Part shown: in pieces, positions 1 to 13,800 of the stretch | Layout of the letters: the number at the start of each line of letters is the position of its first letter | Numbering within the stretch: position 1 is the first letter of the stretch | DNA from: Antedon mediterranea | Lineage: Eukaryota > Animalia > Echinodermata | Direction: 5' to 3' | DNA: 64,000 bases | Assembly (NCBI RefSeq): GCF_964355755.1 | Contig: NC_092676.1 | Span: 22,152,871 to 22,216,870 of the forward strand | Translations under genes and position numbers: made by a program | The notes under the pieces: generated by a model | The model's input: only the letters and a program-made list of their open reading frames with translations | The model's database searches: none | What the model was told of the DNA's origin: nothing

Positions 1-923
1 AACGTGTATCTTCATCGAGATATAGTCCACCGATACACCTACGTACCTACACAGTAAATTGCCTTTGGATTTATTTTGAGTAAGCTATTTTTGTTTGTTT
101 TTACTTTGTTTCCAATTATTTTTTCTAAAGATTTTACTCACGACTATAATGAAAAAAAAAACAATAATATGCTGAGTATGTATTTGTTGTGAATAATATC
201 TACTCTACTGCCTTACTAACTATAACGACTAAAACACCATATTGTCCTACTTTTGCATTCTATTGTGATTATTTATACCACGAACTCGAACATTACAAGC
301 TTACAATTGTTTCCAGAATGCTGAACTGCATTTATTTTTATATGTTTTTCTCATTAACTTGATATTTGTGTGGGTAATTGCAAACTCGATCTATTGCTCA
401 GTGAGTACAGAACTGATGGGTTTCTTTTATTTTCAATAAGTCGACTATATTCAGGAATAATTAAAATTTCATTATTGCTAGACAATAAAGTTAATTATCA
501 AATATACACTTAAATCGTTAGCATGGAAAGAAATTGTGCCTTATGGACTTCAAATAAAAAGCAGTCTAACTTAACGATTCACTAGACAGAGAGGATCGAG
601 GCAAGCACATAAAAAAAATGATTTGAATGTTATGTATAGAACTAAAGCTCTGTCTCCACTATCAAACTTTATGTGACAAAAATGTGGTGTGTCCATATAT
701 GGATATCAATACCATTCTGGTAAAAGTTTTTATTCAATGTGTTTTCATTAAAAAAACAAATAAGATATTTTTAATCTTTCTATTGTGGCATGGTAATGTT
801 TTTATATTTTTATATAATTGCATTTGTTAAAATTGTTTTTTTATCTTTTATGCTTTATTTATATGTTATGAATAAATTTGTATTCCATTGTAAATCACAC
901 TTATATCATACTATATTTCTTTA

Positions 924-966
924 TCATTATTATTATTATTATTATTATTGTTATTATTATTATTAT
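924..966. repeat. (TTA)n microsatellite
   Basis: Run of tta units with one ttg interruption. Confidence 0.9.
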
Positions 967-1198
967 TGTGTACTTATTGCTGTATTTATTGCATAGAGAA
1001 GGAGAATAAACTGAATAAATACATTTGACCAAATGAATTATGATTTTGTCACCGTAATAACCTTTCCCAACTTCCTTGACGTGCAATTCAAATTATTTAT
1101 TTTTTTATCAACGAACATCAGAAGATGCAATACATTTTCAAGTTCTTTACAGATTCTTTACAGATGAACATAAAATTATAAATATAATTATTTTTCAC

Positions 1199-4018
1199 CT
1201 TTTCAATATGATTTCCCATCATTGATATGCGGTAGTCCTGCATCTCGTAACTGCTTTCTGGTGTATCATCTCTCTATTGAAAAAACAAATATGCAAGATA
1301 TAATAATACTAAAGATAAATAGCAAAAAAAAATACCCAATATTGAGTCTTATCCGCGTATCTCATCAGTGGCAAAATATTCAACTCATAAAACCATCAAG
1401 ATTTCCATTTCATTTTTTATTAATATCTTTTATCAAGTCTGGCCAGTGTATCTTTTATATACATATCCGTAATTCATTCATACCTTATAAACAGTTATAA
1501 CAAACTCGATACGGTATTATGATATTTACAAAGAACTTATTGTGGGATATCAATTCATTAAAATTCAAATAAAGATTACACGTACGTGTAGATGCATTCT
1601 CAAATTATTTATTAAAACTGCAAGCATTGTAGACTTATTATTAATTGTAGTGATGATGTTGATTGCCAGGCAAATCCTGACAATGACTCTAAGAATATGG
1701 TGATGACGAGGGTGGTTGTGATGGTGACGATATTGATAAGAGGCTAATTAGACCTTTATTGTATTTTTATCGGTTAATATTTTGACTGTTATTATAATAT
1801 ATTTACTACTTTTTTGTACGGTTCGATAGCCATCACAGCTTGTTGCTCTTGAAGACTTTGGATTTGTTTCATAAGTTCTTCAACATTCACTCGTTCAGCT
1901 GCTCTCTGCTTTTTTCTTTTACGCCGCTCCTTTTCGTCTCTTGCATCTAACGTCTAAAAAATTAGAAAATGATATGTTAGTTATGTAGAATTCTAGTTAG
2001 GGCTATTTATCATACTTTGCATTTCAGTTGGTGATGTAGACTACCAACTTAAGCCAAACTATCATATTATTATTATGCACAGACTTCTAAGTAAGTTATT
2101 ATATAATGGTTTGCATTTCAGTTGGTGATGTAGACTACCAACTTAAGCCAAATTATCATATTTTTATAGTTGTTGATGTAGATTTTAAGTCAGGCCTAAA
2201 TCATAGTTTGCTTTTATGATTATTTTGAAGGCTTCTACACTACTCATTATGCCTTACTTTTTTTTTGGATGAAACACTAAAGAATGTTATATATATAAAC
2301 TATATATAAAGTTTGACTAAAACGCAACCCTAATTCGATACGTCTTAGAAAGTACCTTACATAACTATTCAATTATCTTTATTATAATTGTTTTTTCTCC
2401 TGGGCTTTTCGGATATAAAAACCATTGTATCTGTAAAGTGGTTTCAATAAAAATGTGTAGTATGGGTTGATGCTTTACATATAAATTGTTACTTCTACGT
2501 ACGAAACTGGTATTTAAAACCTGCTTGTTTGAGAATTTTTTTATAAAGAAAGAATATTGAACTAATACTACATACCTTTTGTTCATGTTGCTCGAGTACA
2601 GCCGGTACAAGACTAGAATAGCGGCCACTGGCAAAAGCAGACGATCTCCTGACCCTGTTCTTGTGATAAGCCATTGGCCAAACACCAACCGTACCTAAAA
2701 TAAACTTAAACCTGAGTCCTCGAAAATTTACAAATTAGATGAGAAAAAACAGCTACTTTATAAACAAAAGCATTACTGTATCTGTAACTCAAAATGAAAA
2801 CAAAATAAGGTTTCACTGGCAGATCATTGAATCATGTCTAAACCTTAGTAACTCTATCTTCTAATAATTAGGCATACATAATAATTATATTTTATTGCGT
2901 GTTTACATTGTTATTAGTCTACAATATGAAAAACAATCGATAAGGTGAACGGCGGTCGATCTGTTGCCTCGACTTATTGGTTGATAATAATTATGAACAA
3001 TAATTTTGATTATGCGTGAAAATGCAAATCATCGCCAATATCATCTATTTTCCATACAGTATCATATTAATATTAACAATACCAATACCTTGTCATAATT
3101 CGTGTCACAACTGAGTATTCATTAATTATTTTGTTCGTTTAGTAATTTATAAAAAAAATGATTATTTTTTGTCACAAAACAACAGTATTGTAACAGTATA
3201 AAGTCTTTAGGAAGCTTTCGATTGGCGACTAACTACCACCCAGGTCAGGTCAAGTCAATCGATGTGTCGTGGACTCAAACATGCAGTGCACGTTTCAGAT
3301 ATGTATGCACTATTAAAACTTTTACAATGCTTATACAGATATATATATATGTACATTTTTCAAGATAATTAGTTAAGGTGTTACGTTTTTATATTGTGTT
3401 TCTTAAGCTCAGGAAAACAAATATCATGTATGTTTATATTATGTGACAATAAATTGAATTTTGAATCTTGAATATATGTTGCTTTCTTCCTTGTAGATTA
3501 GACTATATTCTTAAAATATAACATTATTTATACCAACAAATTATCCTTGTTATATTGGAATTCATACGTACATTATTATAAATTAAATATGTATACAATT
3601 AAATTACTTTTTCTTTCTGGCTGTTTATTAACTTTATCTGTTTGATTTAACTTTTCGCCTCTTTTATTGTATCTTCATTGAGATCCAACCACTGATACAG
3701 CATTAGGCTATCATTTATAAATTTAAATGAACAAACTAATTCAACACATTACAATCAAGATCATTACATCTAACTATTACTAAAGATCGTATAATAGGTC
3801 CATGGCACCATATATTGATAGCATCCATGTATCGTTTTTTATTTTACAATTAGAGAAATTACATCACGCAATATTTAAAAAAAAAAATAGATAAAAAGAA
3901 AAATATGTAAGGGATTACAATGCTGGACATATCACTCTATATGTAAACTTCTACTATCCTCACCTGTGTTAGTAATTGATGGTAAGTGTCCTTTCACATT
4001 CTTTGTCTTACAATCCAT
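1199..4018 (-). pseudogene. Uncharacterised multi-exon gene, possibly decayed or a nonsense allele (coiled-coil/basic protein)
   Basis: Phase-compatible GT-AG exons on the minus strand: 4018-3964 (MDCKTKNVKGHLPSITNT), 3691-3608 (84 nt, in-frame TGA at 3677-3675), 2694-2576 (TVGVWPMAYHKNRVRRSSAFASGRYSSLVPAVLEQHEQK) and 1953-1792 (TLDARDEKERRKRKKQRAAERVNVEELMKQIQSLQEQQ..., TAA at 1794-1792). A further exon-like piece lies at 1273-1199 (RDDTPESSYEMQDYRISMMGNHIEK), stop-riddled coding-like sequence at ~1340-1490, and a possible exon at 1-46. No family recognised. Confidence 0.5.
2017..2161. repeat. Direct duplication of a ~50-bp unit containing a small hairpin
   Basis: ttgcatttcagttggtgatgtagactaccaacttaagccaaa(c/t)tatcata occurs at ~2017 and ~2111. 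The internal agttggt...accaact is self-complementary. Confidence 0.85.
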
Positions 4019-5208
4019 TGTGACCCTTTCGGAAAAAAAATTAATTACATTAATTATTAGTATTATTATTAGTGTAAAATGAACTTAATCTAACTTTTGT
4101 TTTTGACAAAAGAGTCGCTAAACAATATATATCAAAAAAGTGGTGTTTATATAAAAAGCAAATCATACAGAGAAAAAATGACAATGTTGTGGGCATCAGT
4201 GGATGGATCTCAACGGAGATGCAAATGCAAGCAAAACAATAAATCAAAACAACAAAATAAAAACAGCCAGGGAGAAACGAACAGCTTTCGAGTAACAACC
4301 CTTCCTCAGTGCAGTGGGAATCCTGAAAGTCACTCTAAGTTTCTCTGTCAGTAGGCCTATCTATTCAATTTTGATTGACCAAGTTGCTTAACAGTTACCT
4401 GTATTATAGCGTTTCCTTGACAATCTACCAACCTATATAGTATGTCACTATTATGCATACAAAACACTGTACAACGCATAAAGAATTTAATCATCTCGCA
4501 GAGCTCACTAAATTTGCATTGCAATAGGTGATGTGTAATATTAAACTCTTCTATTTATAAAGCAGCCCAAACCAATTATAAATTGTTAGGTTAAATTGGA
4601 TGTGCTGACATTATTAAAATATTGCTAAAAAACTGTAATGATGCATAAATCGATATTCTCAATGAATAAAAGGTACGTTCGTGTAGAAAGCCAACATCAT
4701 TATAAACTATAGTTTAATGTTTGTATTTAGAGAAAAAAATAGACAAGACTTGCGTTACATCATAATATTAATAAAACATTGTAATAAAACATATAGATGC
4801 ATACACGTGTAAGAATGATAATGAATAATGATTGGCCGTGTAGAAACGCCACAGCATTAAACTATAACGGCTTGCATACCGAGGGCAAATACAATAACAC
4901 TTTACATTACAGCATAATCACTCGCTATTACTTGCACAGATCTTGGAAAACACAGCGCTTTGAAACCTTTGTCTCTTGCGCTTTATAAATGTTATTTATT
5001 ATTATTATTATTATTATTACAAATAAACATTTGCATTATTGTAAAGAAACTCCGCCACTGCACGACACGTATATGGTGCCATGTTTAGCAACAATTCAAT
5101 CTGCAGCGTCGTTTTCTCATGCATTTTTTTAATTGACCCAAAAAATCAACTTTATTAGATCCTAAATCAGCAAACAGGGCCTATAGTAGTAGTAATCAAA
5201 CTTACCGA

Positions 5209-5297
5209 TCTTTGAAACCTGTTTCGGCACGGTTCCGGTCCGGCGCATACAATGTTTCACGCGTACCGGAACTGTGCCGAAACAGGTGTGAAAGACC
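5209..5297. mobile_element. Short palindromic MITE relic (Harbinger-like)
   Basis: Arms acctgtttcggcacggttccggt and accggaactgtgccgaaacaggt form a 23-bp inverted repeat with one mismatch, extended by tcttt.../...aaaga. Confidence 0.65.
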
Positions 5298-5790
5298 CTT
5301 TAACCATGTTTGAATTGTTATTTTCTTTCCCTTTGATATTCCAATAGGCCTAGTCTAAATAAAAAAGAAGCCTTCTATCTTGAAATGAAGCCCAGTGGGC
5401 TTGATTTCGAGATGGGATTATTTTCGAGATTATTTTTTTAGTCCAAAATGGGGACTTCTTTTCGAGATGAGCTTCTTTTGCGGTGTTTTCTTTTATAGTC
5501 TCTATAATTGGCGCTAACAGCAACGTATTGACAAGATCAATACATATTTAGTTACAGTATGTTAGATATCTTATTTGGATAGTACCGTAGTACACTGCTA
5601 TTCAAACATGCTTAAGAAATTAGCTCATCGGTATACTGTAATTTGATTATACGGTAATAACCAACTGATTAGCAGTAAATTTAATCCGTTGATAACAGGC
5701 GAGAGTAATGCATGCAGGTTAAAAGTTGTGTGTAGCCTACAACGATGAGGGTGCTGTAACAAATTGTACTAGCTCATTCCGGCCGCGTAA

Positions 5791-5891
5791 TTTTTTTTTC
5801 CAGGACGAACGTGGGCAGAAATCATGAATAATTCATGATTAATTATGACATAATAGGGAACATTATACACGTTCGTCCTGGAAAAAAAAAA
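5791..5891. repeat. Inverted repeat / MITE-like hairpin
   Basis: ttttttttccaggacgaacgtg ... cacgttcgtcctggaaaaaaaa is a perfect inverted pair. Confidence 0.75.
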
Positions 5892-7513
5892 CACGCATTC
5901 CGGCCTATTAATATCTTATATAATTCCTGCCAATATAATAAGAAATTCAGGTCAATTAAAAAAGAAAACAACAACAACTTTCTATACTAAACTATTTTTT
6001 AAAACCCGTTAGGAAAGGTATCTCATCATTTTAAGTACCTACTCCAAGAACGCAAGGAAAACATATAATTCGCGCTGCCAGTGGAGTGACGTAACAGACA
6101 AATTTGAAAAGATTGGCACTCTCAATTTGTCCAGTACACAAACAATTAAATTAAAAACAAAACAGTTTTACAAAAATAGTAAAATAACTTTCTGACGAGA
6201 TTATTTAATAATCATTTAGCGGAGTCCATATATTCATTGCGTATTCACGCGTAGGAGACTTTAAAAAAGTATAACGACGTGGCAACAAAGTTATGTGATG
6301 ACAAACTTACTTTTCTTTTGTTTTTATTTTCGCGCTATATGAAAAAAATGATCCACCACCCACACAAAATTTGATTTATGTTCCTATTGTCAAAGAATGT
6401 AGCCTATGACTGGTATTACAGCATCATTTCTCAAACTACTTATTCATGTTTTTTAGTCTTAATTTATGTTATAATTATTTTAATTTTACATTTATTACGG
6501 TATTTTTATCTGAAATTTGCCTACCTGAGCTTAACAATACATAATTTATTATGCCTACTATTTTACAAGCAATCAGTCTCTGAATACTAGCAAACTTAAA
6601 CAAGGTGTGGCATGCACACATCTTCGTTTGCTCGAGTTTTCTAATTAAAGATTATTGAAAAACACTTTACTTGTATAATAACAATATCCCGTATCTATCA
6701 AAGTAAAAAATACATACAAATACAAATAAAATCAAACTTATAATATATTATAAACAAACCAAAACAATAAATATAGATAGTTTATGCTCCTTAAGAGAAC
6801 TGTGTGACTTGATAATTAATAATTCTTGTAAATCTGTGTCTCGGATTTCTTGAGCAGCTTTGTTATTTCTTCAATGTCTAGATTGTCATCTTCTTGCGAC
6901 AGCACCTTAATGATATTTAATGTTCTCGTCAAATGACCTTTTTTGTTCCTGCAACTAAGTTTTACTGCACAGCCTTCCTTTCCTCCATTACGATGCGTTT
7001 TCAAACAGTCTCCGGGTATAACACAAATTCCAATTGTTTTGTTTAATTAACCTCGCTCTGCTACCATTTTTGTTTCGGAGTCTCAAAACAAACGTAGGCC
7101 CCAACTGTAATAAACTGAATTGACTGGTCGACAAACACATAAATTAAACGCATCAGCACAATAATTGTTTGGTGTCGCCGAAGCTTCCATTTATTTGTTG
7201 TATTGGCTACACCCAGCACAACAACCTGTGCGATGTTTATCTATATATAAATTTACGTAAGGGCAAAATTCGGTAAATCGCGCCTTACTTCTAGAATTTT
7301 CACTCGATGGTATGTAAAGTTGGTTCGTACTTTCGGTACTTATTTTAACCGCCTGATGTAACCCTGTTTACTAATTAAATTGAGTTAGATAATTAGTTAT
7401 TGACGATTAAAACGAATTTAGGTTCAAAGATTTGCCCCAAATAGGGGTGTTTTCCGATCGTGGTATACACTGTCTAATGGATGTCCATCTTGAAAAATAC
7501 CCGCCAAAAAAAT

Positions 7514-8632
7514 GCGAGGAGGCTTCGCATTTTTCTATCTCCTCCTACGATAATTGTTTTTAATAGCTGAAAACCGGTTGAACAGCTAGAGTACACCATC
7601 ATAATGTTGAAGACAGGCCGATTTTCTTTAAAAAATACTATTTTGATAGATTTAATATACGATTATACAAATGTATTGATTTGCGATGAATGGAACATCC
7701 CAATCTCTCAGTCTGCCAGAGTTGGTTTAACACAAGTACTGTAGGTAAATTTATGAGCCCTTGGTTTAACACATACGGTAGGTAAATATATGGGCCCTTT
7801 GAGAATAAACTTGCAATACTTTGACAATACTGTAAATACCTATTAACTATTTTTCATTTGAATCGAACATTTCTTACTGTGAATGTTCGTACTGTTAGAT
7901 GTAATATAAAAATATATACAAATAAACTTTATTACTGAGACTGTGGATAGGCTCTACTGTTAGATATACAAATAAACTTTATACTGACAGTTCCTTCTCA
8001 ACGTTTGTATTAATTAATAATTACCAAAAATATAAACGTCGTAGTGGTGTATCGTGACATGTACTTTAATATTTCAATCGATTATGACAGTGACAATTTT
8101 AACAAAGTATTAAATCGCAAATGTTTTAGGCCTACTGTATTTAGAGGTATATTATTTATAGGCCTATAAAACATGAACAAAATATTTCGTTACTCAGTGG
8201 ATAAAGAATATATTTAAAAATTGTTCCTCTTTGTACCTATCCGCTTTCCCATCCCTCAACCCTAATGTTACATAGCGAGGAGGCTTCGCATTTTCCTATC
8301 TCCTCCTACGATAATTGTTTTTAATAGCTGAAAACCGGTTGAACAGCTAGAGTACACCATCATAATGTTGAAGACAGGCCGATTTTCTTTAAAAAAATAC
8401 TATTTTGATAGATTGCTAGAGTACACCATCATAATGTTGAAGACAGGCCGATTTTCTTTAAAAAATACTATTTTGATAGATTTAATATACGATTATACAA
8501 ATGTATTGATTTGCGATGAATGGAACATCCAGTAGTTTGGTTTAACACAAGTACTGTAGGTAAATTTATGAGCCCTTGGTTTAACACATACGGTAGGTAA
8601 ATATATGGGCCCTTTGAGAATAAACTTGCAAT
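7514..8632 (+). repeat. ~300-bp direct duplication (7514-7818 and 8275-8632), second copy with an internal ~70-bp tandem duplication; probably Helitron-associated
   Basis: Near-identical gcgaggaggcttcgcatttt...gagaataaacttgcaata in both copies. gctagagtacaccatcataatgttgaagacaggccg occurs twice in the second copy. A Helitron-like 5' motif tctatatataaa lies at ~7239. Confidence 0.8.
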
Positions 8633-9482
8633 AGGTTCGGAAAATGTTAAAAACCAATTTCTATTATTTGAATCGGTAAACAGTTTCCATTTATTATACA
8701 TTGATAATGAAACATGAAATATTCCTATTTATGTCCCTCGAGGTTCATTACAATTTATATTTAGTAGTCCCACGGACTTCATCTTAGCCACTCCCCCGAG
8801 TGCTAAGGCCAAATTTATGATACCCTACTTTCTATGTAGTTACAGTTAGTTCTTGACGATAATAATAATACAACGAATTTAGGTTACACCCTTCGGCCGC
8901 GAAAACGTTTCTGTACAAATATGATACCGATTGGCTTTATTTCATTCAACAGCGACCATAATCTCGGCAATTACAGGATAGATAAACTATTTTATTATTG
9001 ATGTGCTTATAAATTAAGACTCATGTAAACAGCTTGATTACATCATTTTACAGACAAACGAAACTTTTTTAAACCTACTGTTTCAATAACTGAGTATAAT
9101 ACTGTATACGTTTTCATAAGTAAGTGCATATACATTTTCGTGTTTTCATTGACGAGATTGTAATAGTAACTTCAGTAACTATTACAGTACTTATTTATTA
9201 TACGACACAAGACAATTGTATCTGACAGGTACGTACATTATTCTAAAAAATAAGTCTAGATAGATCCCTTAGGCGTCATAAATCACAGGCCAACAAATCA
9301 GTACTCATGACAGAAATTCGACCCAGTTTGGTTCACACAAATGTTTACAGGAAGTTCAACACCACAACCGATGATTTGCCCTAAATATTTAGGTAGACTA
9401 CAGTTTAATTTTTCACTGAATAGGAGCTTGAATTTCCGATTTCCATTTCGCAGAATGTCTAGGTCTATTTATTTAGTTTGGT

Positions 9483-9789
9483 TCTTATAATATATAAATA
9501 CAATCAACTTTATTACTGCGGTTCCATCACCACCACCACGTGCTGCCGCCCAATTCCCGTACATACATTTCCATTTCTCCCTAATTTCTTTAATCCACAT
9601 AAATTAATTGTCCTTTATGGAATCCAGTATTGGTTTTGTTGTCTCTATTTCTGAATACCCCAATTAGGGGGACACTTCCGTTTTTGTTTAGTGTCCCAAA
9701 AAAGTCCCCGTCCGTGGATTCTACTGTATTCGAGAACCATCTGTGAGCACCCCTAGATGGTACGCGAGCGAAGCGAGCGTGCCATCTAG
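9483..9789 (+). mobile_element. Non-autonomous Helitron-like element
   Basis: Starts tcttataatatataaa and ends in a GC-rich hairpin (cgcgagcgaagcgagcg) followed by CTAG|T at 9786-9790, the typical Helitron 3' signature. Confidence 0.55.
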
Positions 9790-9964
9790 TATAGCTAATT
9801 TGCATAAAGGTGTAACAAAGAACAATAGGCCTACAGTATGCTCTATTGCACACTGACGTATTCATCTTCTGAACAATATAAATGAAATCATATATAATAA
9901 AATAGAATAGTGTTTCTTTATTATGTTTTTTTTTTCATCAAAAAATGTTTGTTTACTGTTGTTA

Positions 9965-10120
9965 TGTAAGCTTCCGGTTTCTCAAGTACTTTTGGTCAAA
10001 ATAAAGGCGATCATCGTCTACGCATGCGTACAAATTCCGTTCAATTTTTCTATCGCGAAGCACAACATTGTGTGGAAAATGTGAATTTATTTTGCAAAGA
10101 TAATTATTTATTTTGGTAAG
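9965..10120 (+). promoter_or_regulatory. Putative KIF3B promoter and non-coding first exon
   Basis: ETS-like cttccggt (~9971), NRF1-like cgcatgcg (10021) and local CpG enrichment. A donor g|gtaag at ~10115 lies upstream of the ATG-containing exon (acceptor at 10810). Confidence 0.5.
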
Positions 10121-10844
10121 TAAAACCATTTGTAGTGATATATGTTATTTTTATAAACCACCTAGTAAAACTTTGCTAACATAATGAATCATTGTCGCAT
10201 ATGAATCATCAAAAGACAGTTTCTTTTTTCAACCAACGTCTTCCTGGCTGGCTGGGCTTCACTCACTCAGTCAGTCAGCAGGGAGGGGGGAGGGCCTAGC
10301 CTAGGCCTAGTTAGGCTAGACCTAGCCTAGGCTAGATATAGATAGTGGTTAGGCCTGGGTTCTGGGCAAAGAGTTCAAGGGAGGTGAATGGTCTTAAGCG
10401 TTGCTAGGAAAAATAATAGCCTAGGCCTACCTAGTCTACTATTCTATCTAGCCTAGGCTAGTACTAGTTTTACTACTAAAAACTAGGCCAGCTAACCTAG
10501 TTAGGCTAGTAGCTATTTAGGCCTAGTGGCTAGGCCTAGCTAGTTGTGTATGTATTGTATGCCATACAATAATTAGCCTAGGTCTAGCCTACCTACTACT
10601 ACTAGGCCTAGGTTAAAAAGAAGTAAGACTAGCCTAGCCTAAAGAGTAAGATTAGGCTAGGCCTAGAGGAAAGGATCATGATGATGCAATTTGAATCAAT
10701 GAAATTTAAAACGTTATTTTTCTTTATTATGGCTGCCTAAATAATATGATATGGGCACTTTGGATCGACATTTCATGAAGAACTTTGAATTAAATATAAT
10801 TTTCTTACAGGAACATAAAGTGTTTGTTCTGAAAGACAACAAAA

Positions 10845-13800
10845 ATGGTGAGATACATTATAATTTTTAAAAGGTTTATGACAAATCAAATCAAAAGAAT
10901 AGCAAGATCAATGGTCATTGGTGGATTCAAGATTTTGAAAAATTATAAAAAGAGATGCTGAACTTACTGTACCTAATGTCCTGTCTATTGCAATACAGTT
11001 TCAGGGGAGGGGCGTTTCATGCTGATTTACAACCGTCTATGATTTTGCAATAATGCACAAAAAGTTCCCCATGATTTAATAATTATTAACAATAACTGTA
11101 ACTTCACCTAAATTACTGTAACACCACTTCCCTCAGTTGAAAAAAAGCAGTGTGTGAAAGTGGATTGAACTTTATCATTATGTGTGATTTTGTTCCCCAA
11201 AAAAACCTTTTTATCATACCTTGAGATACCCAGAAAAGATTATAATGAAATACCCAGTCTTCAATACGTATTAATTAAGTTTCACTGTAATAATTGACCT
11301 GACAGCAAAATTATCAATAGGAATAAGAAATTAACGGTTTGTTCACTTAATTTTTGTTTTCATTCAGTCTAAAAAAGCAGAGACCATCAAAGTTGTTGTG
11401 AGATGTCGTCCACTTAACAGCAAAGAAACAGCTGCTGGACATAAACGCATTGTTGAGATGGATGTAAAGAAAGGCGTGGTTCTGCTTAGTAATCCAAACA
11501 GTCAAGGCGAGGCATCAAGAAATTTTACCTTTGATTCAGTTTACGATTGGAAGTAAGTTTACCGTATTTGAACATTTTGATATTAGTTAAGTCTCGCTCA
11601 TACAACCAACTGAATCCATCGACATTCTTCAGCCTAGGCTTAAAAGAATCTTTAGAATATCGATACTCTTTTATTATATTATATTAGAAAGCATTGAACA
11701 AAGTCATGGGTTATTACAAACCAACTTTGGTAAGAATGCTTGCCTCATATTTAAAGACACCTTCTCTACATTTTTTAGATCTATTTTAAGATCACAAACT
11801 ATATTTAATGTAAAAATAATACTATATGGTCCTATTGCGATAACTTTTTTCGTCTTTAAATGGTTAAAAATGTGAAAAATAAGTCGATTCTAATAATTAT
11901 AGCGGCCCGCTATAAATCCCAAAATGCATTGCGCGCGGATTGATATTTCTGTTTTTCTTCTGTAATTCACCCACTTTGCGATCGATCGTGAGGCCAAAAC
12001 AAATGGAAGACTCCTAACTTTTCAGCGAAAATACCGGTTTCCCCCAATTTGTATCAACGGAGTCTGGCAAAAATAGAAAGACAATTAATGCAGCAAATAA
12101 CTGACGAAGTCAGGCTAGGTATATACATAGCTAGTGTACGATGTTCGTACGTTACCGATGTTTACCAGCTAGGCCTACAAAACTAAGCCTAGCTAGGCTA
12201 GGCCTAAAGACCGTCCACGAGAGGTCAGTCGCCGCGAGCTACTTAGGTAGTGCATTGTTTCTCACTTTTTATCATAATTTACCATAAAACGTACATTTAA
12301 GACAAGGAATGACCTGGTTTAATGTTTTTAAAGTAATAATATGTATTATTTTTACAAAACTTTACAAATTGTAGGGAAGGTGTCTTTAAATTTGTTTAAA
12401 TATCTATATGCCTGAAAGCTCTTCTAATTTTTCTGCCTGTTTTACTTTATCGTTTGATTTAGCTTTTTTTTTATATTTGTTTTGAGATTCACCACTGACA
12501 CCCACAGCACTGTCATTTTTCAGTGGATTTGCAGGCCTTGTCTTTTGAAAATTATAGGTGTGCTACAAATTGCACTCCTCAATACTGTACATTCAGGGGT
12601 GCTGTAGGTGTGCTGTTTGTATGTTGGTGTGTAGAAGTTTAAGCGTGTTGTAAATCGCACTGCTCAAGGGCAGTTTATGAGTGTGTTAGGTGAGTGATCG
12701 CACTCGCTCGCCTTAAAAGACAAGGCCTGATATACAGTATATATATATAAGCACAGTGGGAGGTACCTCCACTCAAGCACTAAACTCACTCAGTATCAAT
12801 TCAGAACATTTTTAAAATACAAAAACATAATGAAGAAAGGATTGGATTTGTGTAGAAACCTGCCTAGGAAGAAATGTTTCACACCTGTATATTTATGGGT
12901 TTATTTGTGGGTTTGTTTGTTTGTGGGTTTGTTTATTTCTGAGTTTGTTTATTTATGGGTTTGTTTGTGGGTATAGAGTTCTGCGGTGTGATGTCACAAC
13001 GATAGATGGCGCTGCAAGGTTGACCAACCAAAAAATGCATTCAACGCTACTATGTTGATAAATAGATATCTGTATTTCCATCAAATTATGTATCTTAGCT
13101 TGATTTTTGTTAAACTTAAACTGTAGTTGAAGAATAAATAGATTTATTATAAACAAATATTTAGTGATCTTTTGAAATTTTAGTTTGTTTTTATTGATAA
13201 TTATTATGTTTTAACATGACTACTTCAATAGGTGAAGGTGAGTCCCGTATTCATTCTGAACGTAGGGGAATGAGCTGTTAGGAGCTCATTGTACTAAACC
13301 TCGGCATTATGTGGTAGGGTGGCCAGTTCCTTTCCACGCCGCCTTTTTTCTCCCTAGTATTTTCAACCAGGTACTCATTTACAGCTGAGTGGACTGGGAG
13401 TTGTCGGGAATTGAACCCGGGTCTATCTGTATGACATTCAAGTGTCCTAACCACTCGGCTACCCTCAATAAGCCTATTCCAAACCATCAGGCAGGTGGAA
13501 AGCATTTTTGGTTGGCTAGCAACCGTCGTAAAGTCAACACCGCAGAACTCTATGTTACTGTTAGTTTGAGGGTTTGTTTCTTTGTGGGTTTGTTTGAATA
13601 TTCTAAAAAGGTCACAGTCTTTTCACAACAAATTAATTGATTTCAGCTCGATACAAAAGGCGTTATATGATGAGACATTTCGCCCTTTGGTGGAGTCTGT
13701 TTTGAATGGTTTTAATGGTACAATCTTTGCATATGGACAGACAGGTACTGGGAAAACTTACACTATGGAAGGTAATAATTTTTGAATAAATAAAGCTCAA

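Noticed and set aside
6816-7066. Short minus-strand coding-like stretch (…EDDNLDIEEITKLLKK…)
   Set aside because: It is interrupted by a stop after the upstream ATG and has no splice partners or recognisable domain; possibly a TE relic.
10400-10413. gttgctaggaaaa as an X-box for KIF3B
   Set aside because: Only a half-site match, and it lies inside the CTAG-rich tract.
13380-13466. tRNA gene candidates (also ~24830-24905 and ~27925-27990)
   Set aside because: A/B boxes are present but there is no complete cloverleaf, and each continues into a SINE body.
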